From sequence record DRR378314_1208: a DNA stretch of 64,000 bases. The stretch is one strand, 5' to 3'. Below are positions 28,491-39,191 of this stretch, in pieces; the first letter of the stretch is position 1, and the number at the start of each line of letters is the position of its first letter. Below the pieces are notes generated by a model. That model made no database searches. It saw nothing but the letters and a program-made list of their open reading frames with translations, and had not been told where the DNA came from. The position numbers and the translations under genes were made by a program.

Positions 28491-29749
28491 CAGCCGGCAT
28501 TCAATTATATCGAACGGCTACCCGCGCGGCGTCTCCTTTTTTAGGAGGCGTGCTGAAGCGGCGCGCCCGTGCCGGCAAAGAAGACTATAGTCGCATCAAT
28601 GAGCGTCTGGCCCGCAATCTGCCGAGACGCATGCCCGGCGGTTCGCTGGTCTGGCTGCACGGGGCCAGCGTCGGCGAAAGCCAGCTTCTGCTCGAACTCG
28701 GTCAACGCCTCCTGGAATTGCGCCCGGATCTGATGCTCCTCTTCACCAGCCAGACGCAGACATCTGCCCGCCTGCTTGGCCCCGTCCTGCCAGAGCGTGC
28801 CATTCACCTGATGGCGCCACTGGACACGCCCGGCATCTCCCGGCGGTTCATCCGCCATTGGCAGCCGGACCTCTGCATCTTTGGCGAAGGCGAGATCTGG
28901 CCGAACCTGATCCTTGAAGCCGAGCGTGCTGGCGCAAAGCGGGCGCTTGTGAATGGCCGCATGACAGATTCCTCGGCAGATGGCTGGAACAAGCTGAGCG
29001 GCGCGTTCAAACGTCTCGTCGGGCGCTTCGATGTGGTGCTCGCGGCCGATACTGATACGGCGCGGCGTCTCGAAACCCTGCTTGGCGAACCGGTACAATC
29101 TACCGGCAACATGAAGTCGGCGCTGCCACCGCCTTCAGCCAGCGAAATCGAGATCCGCCGCTTGCGCGAAAACTTCCTGGCTGACCGTCGCTGCATACTT
29201 GCGGCCTCTACGCATGATGGAGAGGAAGCGATCTTCCTTGATGCGCTGAAAGGTGATGACACATCCGCCCTCATCATCGCCCCGCGCCATCCGGACCGGG
29301 GCAACGCGGTTGAATTGCTTCTCAAAGAGCGGGGCCTGACGTTCGCGCGCCGCTCCCGTGGCGAGGTCCCGACACCGCGCACCCGCATCCTGTTGGCTGA
29401 CACAATGGGCGAGATGGGGCTTTGGTACCGGCTTGCCAATTCTGTTTTTCTCGGGGGGGGACATACGCCGGGGGTTGGCGGGCACAATCCACTGGAGCCT
29501 GTCCGCCTCGGCCTACCCGTAGTCACCGGACCCGACGTGTTCAACTTCGCCACCATGATGGACGACCTTGAGGCCAGAAAACTCATCCGTAAACTGAAGA
29601 CGCCCAAGGCGATCGGCAAGGCCTTGCAGTCCATGGCCCCTCCATCGCAAGAAGCCCTTCAGGAATTGAACGATGCGGCTGACGCGCCAATGGCGCTAAC
29701 GCTGGCAGCTCTTGTCCCCCTCCTGCCAGAGCCGGGACTGTTGCAATGA
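28487..29749 (+). CDS. waaA: Kdo transferase
   Basis: Motifs WLHGASVGE, EIWPNL, ASTHDGEE, APRHPDR, DTMGEMG and GGHNPLEP. Confidence 0.95.
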   Translation: MTAGIQLYRTATRAASPFLGGVLKRRARAGKEDYSRINERLARNLPRRMPGGSLVWLHGASVGESQLLLELGQRLLELRPDLMLLFTSQTQTSARLLGPVLPERAIHLMAPLDTPGISRRFIRHWQPDLCIFGEGEIWPNLILEAERAGAKRALVNGRMTDSSADGWNKLSGAFKRLVGRFDVVLAADTDTARRLETLLGEPVQSTGNMKSALPPPSASEIEIRRLRENFLADRRCILAASTHDGEEAIFLDALKGDDTSALIIAPRHPDRGNAVELLLKERGLTFARRSRGEVPTPRTRILLADTMGEMGLWYRLANSVFLGGGHTPGVGGHNPLEPVRLGLPVVTGPDVFNFATMMDDLEARKLIRKLKTPKAIGKALQSMAPPSQEALQELNDAADAPMALTLAALVPLLPEPGLLQ

Positions 29750-30741
29750 AGGCTCCGCACTTCTGGTCTGCGGGGCTTGACCCGAAATCCCGCGAAGCGG
29801 CCCCTGTCACACGCGCCCTACTGACGCCCCTCGCCGCACTTTACACTTATGGAATCCGGCGCAAGCTTGCCCGCGCCATTCCGGCCAAGGCGTCCATCCC
29901 CGTCATATGCGTTGGAAACCTCACAACCGGCGGCGTCGGAAAGACCCCGATCGTCCAGGCCATTCGCAAGCATATCGAGTCAAAGGGCATTCACGCTTCC
30001 AGCCTGTCGCGCGGCTATGGCGGGTCAGAAATCAGCCCACAGAAAATATACCCAACCTGGCACACCGCAGACATGTGTGGTGACGAACCGCTTCTGCTAT
30101 CGCAGACGGGCGAAAGCTGGATTGGAAAGGACCGCTTTGCCGGCGTGCAGATGATGGCCTTTTATGGCACCAAAGTCGCCATAATGGATGATGGGCACCA
30201 GAACCCCAGCCTCGCCAAGGATCTGTCCATCATCGTCATTGATGCGGCCGCTCCATTCGGAAATGGTCATGTCCTGCCGAAAGGGCCATTGCGCGAACCT
30301 GTGGAAGATGGCCTGGCGCGTGCAGATGCCGTTATTCTTATGGGCGAAGGCGACGTCCCACAGCAAGTGATCGATAGTGGCCTGCCTGTCCTGCGCGCCC
30401 GCATCGTCCCATCAGGGCCGGCACCGGCTGGCCCACTCGTTGCCTTCGCTGGCATCGGCCGTCCACAGAAATTCTTTGACAGCCTGAAAGCCGAAGGCGG
30501 CGACATTCGGGAAGCTGTCGGCTATCCGGATCACCACGATTATTCAAAGAAGGAACTCGCCTTCCTTCATAAACTGGCCAAAAAACATGGCGCACAGCTG
30601 ATTACGACCAACAAGGACTATGTGCGTATCTATCCGAATGAGCGCGGCGGCATTCTGCAATTCCCGGTTCATGCAGAATTCGAAGACCTCAGTCAGCTGG
30701 ACGCCTTGCTCGCCCCCATCCTGAACGTGGAAGAGTCATGA
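29746..30741 (+). CDS. lpxK: Tetraacyldisaccharide 4'-kinase
   Basis: Motifs VGNLTTGGVGKTP, SRGYGG, GDEP, MDDGHQ and GPLREP. Confidence 0.95.
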   Translation: MKAPHFWSAGLDPKSREAAPVTRALLTPLAALYTYGIRRKLARAIPAKASIPVICVGNLTTGGVGKTPIVQAIRKHIESKGIHASSLSRGYGGSEISPQKIYPTWHTADMCGDEPLLLSQTGESWIGKDRFAGVQMMAFYGTKVAIMDDGHQNPSLAKDLSIIVIDAAAPFGNGHVLPKGPLREPVEDGLARADAVILMGEGDVPQQVIDSGLPVLRARIVPSGPAPAGPLVAFAGIGRPQKFFDSLKAEGGDIREAVGYPDHHDYSKKELAFLHKLAKKHGAQLITTNKDYVRIYPNERGGILQFPVHAEFEDLSQLDALLAPILNVEES

Positions 30742-31697
30742 CCCAGGACGCTCCCAAATACATCCGTCCAAAGGACATCGATAATCGCGCAACCTTTTGG
30801 CAGCGGGTGCAGTGGCGCCTCGAAACTATTGCGTGGGACTTCATCTATTGGGGTCCGATGAAGTTGCTCGGACCTGAGCGCGCATCGAACTTCGGCGGTT
30901 GGTTGATGAAGAAAATCGGACCACGCCTGTCTCAGCACAAAACGGTGAAGCGCAATTTACGGCTCGCTTTTCCGGACTGGACCGACGAAAAGGTGGATGA
31001 GATTGCCCTCGCCGCATGGGAAAGCGCTGGCCGCGTTGCAGGTGAGTTACCACACTTGCCTTCGATAGATCCGTACACGTCTGGGCGTGTCGAGATCGAA
31101 GGTCTGGAAATCCTTGACCAGATCAAGGCGAGCGACAAGGGCGCAGTCTTTATCTCCGGCCACTTCGCCAATTGGGAAATCATGCCCGCCACGATTACTC
31201 AGCGCCTGCCCGAAGCGGTGATGACGTACCGGGCCTTGAACAACCCGCACATCGACAAGCGCATCTCCGATCTACGCGCAGCCTATGGCACGCAGGTAAA
31301 TGCCCCCAAAGGGGTCGGCACGCGTGAATTGATGCGGGCCTTGTCCAAAGGCAATCCGATCGCCTTGATGAACGATCAGAAGTTCAATGAAGGCATCGCC
31401 ATCCCCTTTTTCGGGCACGACGCAATGACCGCGCCGGGGCCAACGCGCCTTGCGATGAAATATGGCGCCCCCATCGTGCCGGTTTCCACGGTGCGCACAG
31501 GGCCCGCACGTTTCCGCATCACCTTCCATGAACCGTTCACCCCGGAGAACACGGGCGATGAGGCCGAAGACATTCGCCGGAGCGTGCAGCGCATTACAGG
31601 TTTCATTGAAGCCCAGGTTCGCGCCAATCCGGGCCAGTGGTTCTGGCAACATCGCCGCTGGCCGAAAGAAGCCTGGAAGGCCGCGGGCATCATCTGA
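30738..31697 (+). CDS. Lipid A late acyltransferase (LpxL/HtrB family)
   Basis: Motifs HFANWE, DQK...G..IPFFG and QWFWQHRRW. Confidence 0.9.
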   Translation: MTQDAPKYIRPKDIDNRATFWQRVQWRLETIAWDFIYWGPMKLLGPERASNFGGWLMKKIGPRLSQHKTVKRNLRLAFPDWTDEKVDEIALAAWESAGRVAGELPHLPSIDPYTSGRVEIEGLEILDQIKASDKGAVFISGHFANWEIMPATITQRLPEAVMTYRALNNPHIDKRISDLRAAYGTQVNAPKGVGTRELMRALSKGNPIALMNDQKFNEGIAIPFFGHDAMTAPGPTRLAMKYGAPIVPVSTVRTGPARFRITFHEPFTPENTGDEAEDIRRSVQRITGFIEAQVRANPGQWFWQHRRWPKEAWKAAGII

Positions 31698-31703
31698 TTC
31701 AGT

Positions 31704-32966
31704 TTAGCGCTCTGGTTCAGTCCACTCTGCCGGAGGCACTTGGCGACGACGTAATCTGAGGGCAAGCCCCAGAGACACGCCAACCCCAATGGCGATGGTC
31801 AGGTCCGCCACGACCGTCAGTATCAGCGTGATCAGCAACAAGATCAGGTCTGACTTTTGGGCAGACAGATACTGGGGCCATTTATTCGGCTCGCTCATAT
31901 TCCAGGCCGTCAGCATTAGGAGCCCGGCCAGTGCAGGCATGGCGAGATATCCCGCGAGAGGTGCTGCAAACAGGACCGCCAGAAGTATGGCAAGCGCGTG
32001 AACCAAACCTGCCACGGGGGTCTTGCCACCCGCACGTACATTCGTAGCCGTTCGCGCAATCGCTCCAGTCGCAGGTAGCCCGCCAAATATGGCGGAGCCA
32101 ATATTGGCCGCCCCCTGCGCCATCACTTCCGCATTTCGCCGATACTGCCCGCCCGTCATCCTGTCCGCAACCATGGCAGACAACAAGGATTCGACGCCCG
32201 CAAGAAACGCGATCACGAAAGCTGAAGGCAACAGTTCGATGACCCGGTTGAGTGTCAAATCCGGCAGTCGGGGCTGAGGTAGTTGGCTGGGCATCGTACC
32301 GAAACGACTGCCAATCGTGTCCACCGGGAGATCAAACAGAAACACCGCGGCTGATGTGAATCCAACCGCCACGATCAGTCCCGGAAATTTTGGCGCAATC
32401 CGGCGCAGCAATACAATCAGGGCCATGGTCACCGCGCCAATGCCCAGCGACGTCCAGTCCACAGTCGCCCTGGCCGCCCACAGGGCATCGACCTTACCTA
32501 TGAATTCAGCTGGCAAATGCTCGGGTTGAAGCCCGAATAAATCCTTGATCTGGCTCGCTGCGATGATGATGGCGATGCCGACGGTAAAGCCGTTCACAAC
32601 GGATTCCGGAACGAAACTGATCAGATTGCCGGCGCGGAGCAAGCCAGCCAGCACCAGGATGATCCCGGCCATGAAAGTGGCGAGTACCAATCCATCATAA
32701 CCATGTGCGGCGATCACTCCGAACACGACCACAATAAAAGCACCTGTTGGACCGCCGATCTGGACGCGACTGCCCCCGAGCGCGGAAATCAGAAACCCTG
32801 CCACGATGGCGGTGACAAGGCCTGCTGCGGGGTCAGCGCCAGACGCAATTGCAATCGCGAGACTGAGGGGTATCGCCACAAGCGCGACTGTGATGCCTGC
32901 GAACAGGTCGGACACGAACAGCGAAGAAGAGTACGTGGTGAGAGTGGTCAGTATCTTGGGCTTCAT
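31704..32966 (-). CDS. SulP family anion transporter lacking a STAS domain
   Basis: Motifs DLFAGITVALVAIPLS, QIGGPTGA, ESLLSA and ATGAIARTATN. Ends just after the last TM helix. Confidence 0.9.
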   Translation of the reverse strand: MKPKILTTLTTYSSSLFVSDLFAGITVALVAIPLSLAIAIASGADPAAGLVTAIVAGFLISALGGSRVQIGGPTGAFIVVVFGVIAAHGYDGLVLATFMAGIILVLAGLLRAGNLISFVPESVVNGFTVGIAIIIAASQIKDLFGLQPEHLPAEFIGKVDALWAARATVDWTSLGIGAVTMALIVLLRRIAPKFPGLIVAVGFTSAAVFLFDLPVDTIGSRFGTMPSQLPQPRLPDLTLNRVIELLPSAFVIAFLAGVESLLSAMVADRMTGGQYRRNAEVMAQGAANIGSAIFGGLPATGAIARTATNVRAGGKTPVAGLVHALAILLAVLFAAPLAGYLAMPALAGLLMLTAWNMSEPNKWPQYLSAQKSDLILLLITLILTVVADLTIAIGVGVSLGLALRLRRRQVPPAEWTEPER

Positions 32967-33233
32967 CTGCGTCCCAAACGTTCATGCGTTCAATTAGCAA
33001 TTGAGAAATGTTCCTACACCCGCAGCAGGTCGAACGAACATCCGTAAAATTGTCGCTGACGCGAACTCGTCAGACAGTTCTCACGCGTTAACGCAATTCC
33101 TTTCAAAATTGCGAACAAAGCCTGTTCGGCTTCATCGAACTTGGGAACGGACCTGCAGGATCATCGGCGTATCATCAGAATTTGGGGCCGGAAAATCCCT
33201 CCGGCGGGTGCAATCGTATGCAGGACGATAACA

Positions 33234-34463
33234 ATGAGCGGACTATCACTGCCCTCAATGGCACTGGGCGAACCGACTGACACTTCCCGTGAGGCAATCA
33301 ATGCTGCCTTGAGCGCGATCCGCCAGCATCTCGGAATGCCGATCGCGTATGTGTCCGAGTTCGTCGGCGACGAATCCGTGTTCCGCTATGTCGATGCGCC
33401 GGGTCTGGAACATCTGATCAAACCGGGGGACAGCCGCGACCTCTCAGAAGTCTACTGCCTTCACATCCTGGAGGGACGCTTGCCGGAGCTGATCCCGGAC
33501 ACCGCCGCCAATCCGCTCGCTCAGGCCATGCCCATTACGCGCCAGATTCCGATCGGCGCGCATATGAGTATTCCGATCCACCTTGAAGACGGCACACCGT
33601 TTGGGATGTTCTGCTGTCTCGGGCCCAATGCGAATCCCAGCCTGAATGAACGCGATCTGGAGACCATGCGCCTGTTCTCCAACCTGGCAGCGCAGCAGAT
33701 CGACAAGGAATACGCCCACAAGCGCCACTTGCAGGAAATGCGAGAGCGCATCATGGACACGCTCGAAACCAACGCATTCGCCATTGCCTATCAGCCCATT
33801 GTGGATCTCGGTCAGATGCACCCCAGCGGATATGAAGCGCTTTGCCGCTTCTCTGCGGAACCCTATCGCACGCCGGATGTCTGGTTTGACGAAGCCGCCA
33901 AGGTTGGACTCTCGGTCGAACTGGAACTCGCCTCGATCCGGCAAGCTGTCGAGAAGATCGGCGAGATTGCGCCGGACCAGTACATTTCCGTCAACGTGTC
34001 CCCATCGACCGTGATCAGCGGCCAGTTTGCCGAAACTTTCCTCAAGCTTCCGCTCGACCGCATCTTGTTGGAGATCACGGAACACGCCGTGATCGAGGAT
34101 TATGATCGCTTCACCCGCGTTCTGCGTCCGCTGCGCCACGCTGGGCTGCGTCTCGCCGTCGACGATGCCGGCGCGGGCCACTCATCGCTTCGGCACATCG
34201 TTCAACTCAATCCGGACTATGTGAAAGTGGATATGAGCCTGACGCGCAATGTGGATCAGGATCTTGCCCGCCGCGCACTTATCGGCGCGCTGCTATTCTA
34301 CACACGCGAAACTTCCGCACACATCATCGCCGAGGGAATTGAGACCGAAGCGGAGCTGAACACGTTGAAGCTGCTCGGCGTTCGCCGGGGCCAAGGTTAC
34401 CTGCTGGGACGCCCGTCTCAACAGATCGCCCATTCGCTTAACGAGTTCAGTCAGGCGTCCTGA
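33234..34463 (+). CDS. GAF-EAL c-di-GMP phosphodiesterase
   Basis: N-terminal GAF domain, then YQPIV, EAL.R, NVS, EITE, DDAGAG, K.D, EGIET and QGY. Confidence 0.9.
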   Translation: MSGLSLPSMALGEPTDTSREAINAALSAIRQHLGMPIAYVSEFVGDESVFRYVDAPGLEHLIKPGDSRDLSEVYCLHILEGRLPELIPDTAANPLAQAMPITRQIPIGAHMSIPIHLEDGTPFGMFCCLGPNANPSLNERDLETMRLFSNLAAQQIDKEYAHKRHLQEMRERIMDTLETNAFAIAYQPIVDLGQMHPSGYEALCRFSAEPYRTPDVWFDEAAKVGLSVELELASIRQAVEKIGEIAPDQYISVNVSPSTVISGQFAETFLKLPLDRILLEITEHAVIEDYDRFTRVLRPLRHAGLRLAVDDAGAGHSSLRHIVQLNPDYVKVDMSLTRNVDQDLARRALIGALLFYTRETSAHIIAEGIETEAELNTLKLLGVRRGQGYLLGRPSQQIAHSLNEFSQAS

Positions 34464-34532
34464 CCATCATTCGGCCTGTTTTTTCGTGCAAATCATCCTA
34501 GGTTGTAAGATCACACTTGGAGAATTTGCGAC

Positions 34533-34952
34533 ATGAGTATCGGTGAAATCATATCCCTGATAACCCTGCTGATTGGCGCCGTTCTGGGCCTGTCTGCAAT
34601 GTTTTCACCCGCATGGGCCAGCCGGGTTGTCCGCCTGGTCGAAGACCCCGACCCGCTGCGGCCCGGCGGCTATTCCGAGTTCCGCGCCACCTATGGCGGC
34701 CTTTTCCTGTTCTCCCACCTGATGACCGCAATTCTTCTGGTGAATCTGGGTGGATCTGAACCGGAAATTCTCACCAGCATTGTCGTCCTTCCCCTTGCCG
34801 CAGGCTGGGTCGGTGCAGGCGTCGGTCGACTGATGTCCCGCATACTTGACCGGATCAAGAACCGGGAGCCCGGCATGATCCCGGTCTGGATCGTGTTCGA
34901 GATCATATTCGGTCTTGCGATCGCTGCACCTTTCATTCAAAGCCTGCTGTAG
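34533..34952 (+). CDS. Small membrane protein (DUF4345-like)
   Basis: Four hydrophobic helices with SEFRATYGG and GRLMS..LD. RBS GGAG. Confidence 0.7.
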   Translation: MSIGEIISLITLLIGAVLGLSAMFSPAWASRVVRLVEDPDPLRPGGYSEFRATYGGLFLFSHLMTAILLVNLGGSEPEILTSIVVLPLAAGWVGAGVGRLMSRILDRIKNREPGMIPVWIVFEIIFGLAIAAPFIQSLL

Positions 34953-34973
34953 AAGTCACAGAAAGAAAATCCC

Positions 34974-35924
34974 ATGACGGAGCGTCGAGAGACGGGCCGC
35001 TCGCGCCGGAAGCCTTCCGGATCGCGCAAGCCACGCCCAGCCCCCAAATCCCGCAAGCCAGACCTCGAAAAGGACTGGAGCGAAGGCGAACGGATCGCCA
35101 AATACCTTGCCCGCGCAGGTGTTGCTTCGCGCCGTGAAGTCGAGCGCATGATTGAAGAGGGCAAGGTGACCGTCGATGGCGTCAAGCTGACATCCCCCGC
35201 CTTCAAGGTGACTGGTCGCGAGCTGATCCGTGTTGGCCGCAAAACCATTCACGCACCCGACGCAACCCGTCTCTGGCGCTATCACAAGCCATCCGGCCTT
35301 ATCACGACGACGCAGGATCCTGAAGGTCGCCGTACCGTCTTTGACGAACTGCCGAAATCCCTGCCTCGTGTTGTCACCATTGGCCGCCTCGACCTGACGA
35401 CCGAGGGCCTTCTGCTGCTGACCAATGATGGGGCGCTGGCCCGGGCACTGGAACTGCCCAAGAACGAGCTGGAGCGTACCTATCGCGTGCGCGCCCACGG
35501 CACGGTGACACAGGAGAAGATCGACGAACTCGCCAAAGGCATCACGGTCGACGGCGTGAACTACAAGCCGATCAAGGCCGTACTGGACCGCGAAACCGGC
35601 GCAAACAACTGGCTGACGGTTACCCTCGCCGAGGGCAAGAAACGGGAAGTTCGACGCGCCCTGGAATCGCTGGATCTGAAGGTCAACCGACTGATCCGCG
35701 TTCAATATGGCCCGTTCATCCTGGATGATCTGCGCCCCGGCGCGGTGGAGGAAGTTCCACCGGAACTGATGCAACAGGCTATCGGGCATTTGATGAACAC
35801 CGAACACGCCATCAAGACTCCCGAACCGTCCCGGCCACCCCAAAAACCTGCCCCTAAGTCACGCCTTGGCAGCAGGTCGCCATCGGGTAAGCTGCCCTCC
35901 AGGAAACGCAGTAAGCCCCGCTGA
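34974..35924 (+). CDS. rluB: rRNA pseudouridine synthase, RluB/RsuA family with S4 domain
   Basis: Motifs ERIAKYLARAGVASRRE, GRLDLTTEGLLLLTNDG and EGKKREVRR. Confidence 0.88.
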   Translation: MTERRETGRSRRKPSGSRKPRPAPKSRKPDLEKDWSEGERIAKYLARAGVASRREVERMIEEGKVTVDGVKLTSPAFKVTGRELIRVGRKTIHAPDATRLWRYHKPSGLITTTQDPEGRRTVFDELPKSLPRVVTIGRLDLTTEGLLLLTNDGALARALELPKNELERTYRVRAHGTVTQEKIDELAKGITVDGVNYKPIKAVLDRETGANNWLTVTLAEGKKREVRRALESLDLKVNRLIRVQYGPFILDDLRPGAVEEVPPELMQQAIGHLMNTEHAIKTPEPSRPPQKPAPKSRLGSRSPSGKLPSRKRSKPR

Positions 35925-35973
35925 GACGGCCAGAAAAGGGCCGCCGGTGGACTAACGCCAGACGGAGGCCCTC

Positions 35974-37305
35974 ATGACCCTACAGAACGTAACCGACACG
36001 TATCAGGTGGATACGCCGCCGCGCCCGCCGAGCTTTCCGCCGGCGTTTGATCTCGCGCCGCCGGTAGACCTCACCGATCCTTCGGTCTTTTCATCTCGCG
36101 GTGACTACACCCATGATGCATTCGCCGAGATGCGCGAGAAGGCCCCGGTCATGTGGCACCCTGAGCAGGTCGGCGCGGGTTTCTGGGCCGTCACATCATA
36201 TGATCTGGTCAAGCAGGTTGAGTTGGACCCGATTACATATTCGTCTCAGCGCGGCGGCATCCTGATGACCTATGGTCAGGAAGATACACCGCGCCATCCT
36301 CTGCTTCACTCATCCAGCCTGAACAGCCTGATCAATCTGGACCGGCCTTATCACACAACGCTCCGTATGGAGCATATGCAGTTCTTCCGTCCGGGCTTCG
36401 TGGCCGAACTGAAGAAACGCGTGGATGTCCAGGTCAACGAATTGCTGGACAAGATGGAACAGCAAGGCCCCATCGTGGACATGGTGGAGACGTTCTCCGC
36501 CGAACTGCCCCTGTTCACGCTGTGTGAGATCCTGGGCGTCCCGGCAGAAGACCGCCCGAAGCTGGTCCACTGGATGCACTTCCTCGAAAACTCTCAGTAT
36601 CAGGCCCAGCAGGAAGGCCTTGGTAATGTCACGCCGGAACAGATGATGGAATTCATGGGCGAAATTCAGGCCATGTTCGACTATGGCCGCCACATGCTGG
36701 CAAAGCGCCGCGAAAATCCGCAGAATGATCTGCTCTCGGCCATCGCCAATGTCGAGATTGACGGCAAGCCACTCAGCCCGGAATTCCTCGACGGTTCGTG
36801 GTTGCTGATCGTGTTCGCCGGCAACGACACGACACGAAACTCCCTCTCCGGCACCATGCGCTTGCTGACACAATTCCCGGACCAGAAAGCCAAACTGATG
36901 GCGAATGAGGAATTGTTCCCCAATTTCGTCCATGAATCGATCCGCATGGTCAGTCCGGTCACCTATATGCGCCGGACGACCACGACAGAGACGGAGCTTG
37001 GCGGTCAAAAGATGGCAGAAGGCGACAAGGTCGTCATGTACTACGCCGCCGCAAACCGGGATCCAGCCAAATTCCCGAACCCGAACCAGTACGACATTAC
37101 GCGGGACAATGCGAAGGAGCATCTCGCCTTCGGTCACGGCCCGCATGTCTGCCTCGGCCAGCGCGTGGCGAACATGCAATTGGACTCTGCCTATCGCAAC
37201 ATCCTGCGCCGCTTCCCGGATATCAAATGGACGGGCGAACAGAGCTTGGCACCGAGCAACTTCGTTCACGCAATCTCCAGCCTTATGGTGGACCTCGGCA
37301 CATGA
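35974..37305 (+). CDS. Cytochrome P450
   Basis: I-helix AGNDTT, ExxR motif (ESIR) and heme motif FGHGPHVCLG. Confidence 0.95.
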   Translation: MTLQNVTDTYQVDTPPRPPSFPPAFDLAPPVDLTDPSVFSSRGDYTHDAFAEMREKAPVMWHPEQVGAGFWAVTSYDLVKQVELDPITYSSQRGGILMTYGQEDTPRHPLLHSSSLNSLINLDRPYHTTLRMEHMQFFRPGFVAELKKRVDVQVNELLDKMEQQGPIVDMVETFSAELPLFTLCEILGVPAEDRPKLVHWMHFLENSQYQAQQEGLGNVTPEQMMEFMGEIQAMFDYGRHMLAKRRENPQNDLLSAIANVEIDGKPLSPEFLDGSWLLIVFAGNDTTRNSLSGTMRLLTQFPDQKAKLMANEELFPNFVHESIRMVSPVTYMRRTTTTETELGGQKMAEGDKVVMYYAAANRDPAKFPNPNQYDITRDNAKEHLAFGHGPHVCLGQRVANMQLDSAYRNILRRFPDIKWTGEQSLAPSNFVHAISSLMVDLGT

Positions 37306-38060
37306 GTGAAGCCCTCGTTCTTCGTCAGGACAATGACGGCCTCGCCACGCTGACCCTCAACCGGCCGGACAAGCTGAATTCCCTCACCGTGGGCATGTTT
37401 CAGGAATTGCGCCAGCATGTTCTGGATTTGCAGAAGGATGACTCAATCGGCTGCGTTATCCTGCGCGGGGCGGGAAAGTGCTTTTCGGCCGGGCATGATC
37501 TTGGCGACATCGCCGAAGGTGAGAAGGTTCCCTCTCCCGGCTGGCATTCGGAAACGCTACGCTTGATGGAGCGGTTGCCCAAGCCGGTCATCGCGGCCGT
37601 TCACGGGCATTGCTACACTGGCGCTCTGGAAGTGGCCCTGGCGGCGGACTTCATCATCGCCTCGGACACTGCCCGCTTCGGCGACACACACGCCAAATGG
37701 GCGCTCACCCCGATCTGGGGAATGAGCCAGCGCCTGCCTCGACGCGTGGGCGTCGCTACGGCAAAACGACTGATGTTCACCGCCGACATGATCGACGCGC
37801 AGGAAGCGTTCCGCATTGGCCTCGCCGAGCAGGTCGTCGCGGCGGATCGGTTTGACGAGGCCTGCGACGCGCTGGCCCGGCGAATTCTGGAAAACTCGCC
37901 CTTCTCCCATGCGGCGAACAAGCGACTTCTCGAAGCGACTGACGCGCGAGACATGGACAGCGGCCTGCAATGGGAGGTACTCAATTGTGAAGGGACCGGC
38001 CCAGACATGCAGGACCGGATCGCCGCCTTTACGCGCAAGACGAAGAAAGCGAAAACATGA
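37302..38060 (+). CDS. Enoyl-CoA hydratase/isomerase family protein
   Basis: Motifs LNRPDKLN, FSAGHDL and PVIAAVHG...GALE. ATGA overlap with the P450 stop. Confidence 0.92.
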   Translation: MSEALVLRQDNDGLATLTLNRPDKLNSLTVGMFQELRQHVLDLQKDDSIGCVILRGAGKCFSAGHDLGDIAEGEKVPSPGWHSETLRLMERLPKPVIAAVHGHCYTGALEVALAADFIIASDTARFGDTHAKWALTPIWGMSQRLPRRVGVATAKRLMFTADMIDAQEAFRIGLAEQVVAADRFDEACDALARRILENSPFSHAANKRLLEATDARDMDSGLQWEVLNCEGTGPDMQDRIAAFTRKTKKAKT

Positions 38061-39127
38061 GTGATTTCCTGATCCGCCGGGACGATTTGCGCGAGACGCG
38101 CTGGGTGCCGGCCGACCTGCCCGCCCTGCCAGATGGGGCCGCGCGCCTGAAAGTCGACAAATTCGCCCTGACGGCCAACAATGTCACCTATGCCACGTTT
38201 GGCGAGCAGATGAAGTATTGGGACTTTTTCCCCGCCGCAGACCCCGCCGATGGCCGCGTCCCAGTCTGGGGCTTTGCCACCGTGGTCGAGTCCAAGGTCG
38301 AGCACCTGAAGGAGGGCGAGCGCTTCTACGGCTATCTGCCCATTTCCGAACATTTCGACGTTCAGCCCGTGAATGTCGGCAAGCATGGCTTCCTGGATGG
38401 TGCCGCCCATCGCCAGGGCCTCGCGCCAATTTACAACACCTACATCAACACCGCCGGTGACCCGTCCTATGACGCTGCGCTGGAGGACCAGCAGATGCTG
38501 TTCCGGCCCCTCTTCACCACCGGCTGGATGATCGATGATTGCCTGATGGAAACCGGCGACCCGATGCCGGAAACAGTGGTCATCTCGTCCGCATCCTCGA
38601 AAACCGCGATGGCACTTGCCCATTGCCTGAAAATTCGCGGCGGCGTGGATACGATCGCACTGACATCGCCGGGCAATGTCGCCTTCCTGAAAAAGACCGG
38701 CCTGTATGCCCGCGTTCAAACCTATGACGACGCTGACGATCTGCACACACGCGGCCTGACCGCCTTTGTGGATTTCCTGGGGCGGCCAACACTGACAGCA
38801 GACATTCACAACGCCCTGAAGGACCGTCTGGTGCGCAGCCTCATCATCGGCGCAACGGACTGGGAGGGAGACCGCTCCCCCATCGCCCTGCCGGATCCGC
38901 AACCGGAATTCTTCTTCGTTCCCACCTATGCAGCAGAACGCGCGGCCACGCTCGGCGGGGCCGAAATCAATCGCCGCCTGGGCGCTGCCCTGAAAAGCTT
39001 CTATGCCGCGTCAAAATCTTTCGTGACACCGAAACACGCCAAGGGCGCCAAGGCGATCGCGAAGGCGTGGGACCAGACCGTCGATGCCAAGGTCAGCCCG
39101 TCAGAAGGCCTGATCCTGTCAATCTGA
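38057..39127 (+). CDS. DUF2855 family protein
   Basis: Motifs FALTANNVTYA, YWDFFP, RPLFTTG, SSASSKTA and FFFVP. ATGA overlap with the upstream gene. Confidence 0.8.
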   Translation: MSDFLIRRDDLRETRWVPADLPALPDGAARLKVDKFALTANNVTYATFGEQMKYWDFFPAADPADGRVPVWGFATVVESKVEHLKEGERFYGYLPISEHFDVQPVNVGKHGFLDGAAHRQGLAPIYNTYINTAGDPSYDAALEDQQMLFRPLFTTGWMIDDCLMETGDPMPETVVISSASSKTAMALAHCLKIRGGVDTIALTSPGNVAFLKKTGLYARVQTYDDADDLHTRGLTAFVDFLGRPTLTADIHNALKDRLVRSLIIGATDWEGDRSPIALPDPQPEFFFVPTYAAERAATLGGAEINRRLGAALKSFYAASKSFVTPKHAKGAKAIAKAWDQTVDAKVSPSEGLILSI

Positions 39128-39139
39128 CCCCCGAATGAC

Positions 39140-39171
39140 AAAAGCCCTCGCTGCGGCCAAACAGCGAGGGC
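39140..39171 (-). terminator. Rho-independent terminator between convergent genes
   Basis: Perfect 10-bp stem GCCCTCGCTG/CAGCGAGGGC. The preceding AAAA gives a U tract on the minus strand. Confidence 0.7.
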
Positions 39172-39191
39172 AGGTCGCACACCTGAGCGCT

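Noticed and set aside
33085..33094. GCGTTAACGC palindrome upstream of the GAF-EAL gene as a CtrA site
   Set aside because: It is a single TTAA half-site with no second half at N7 spacing.
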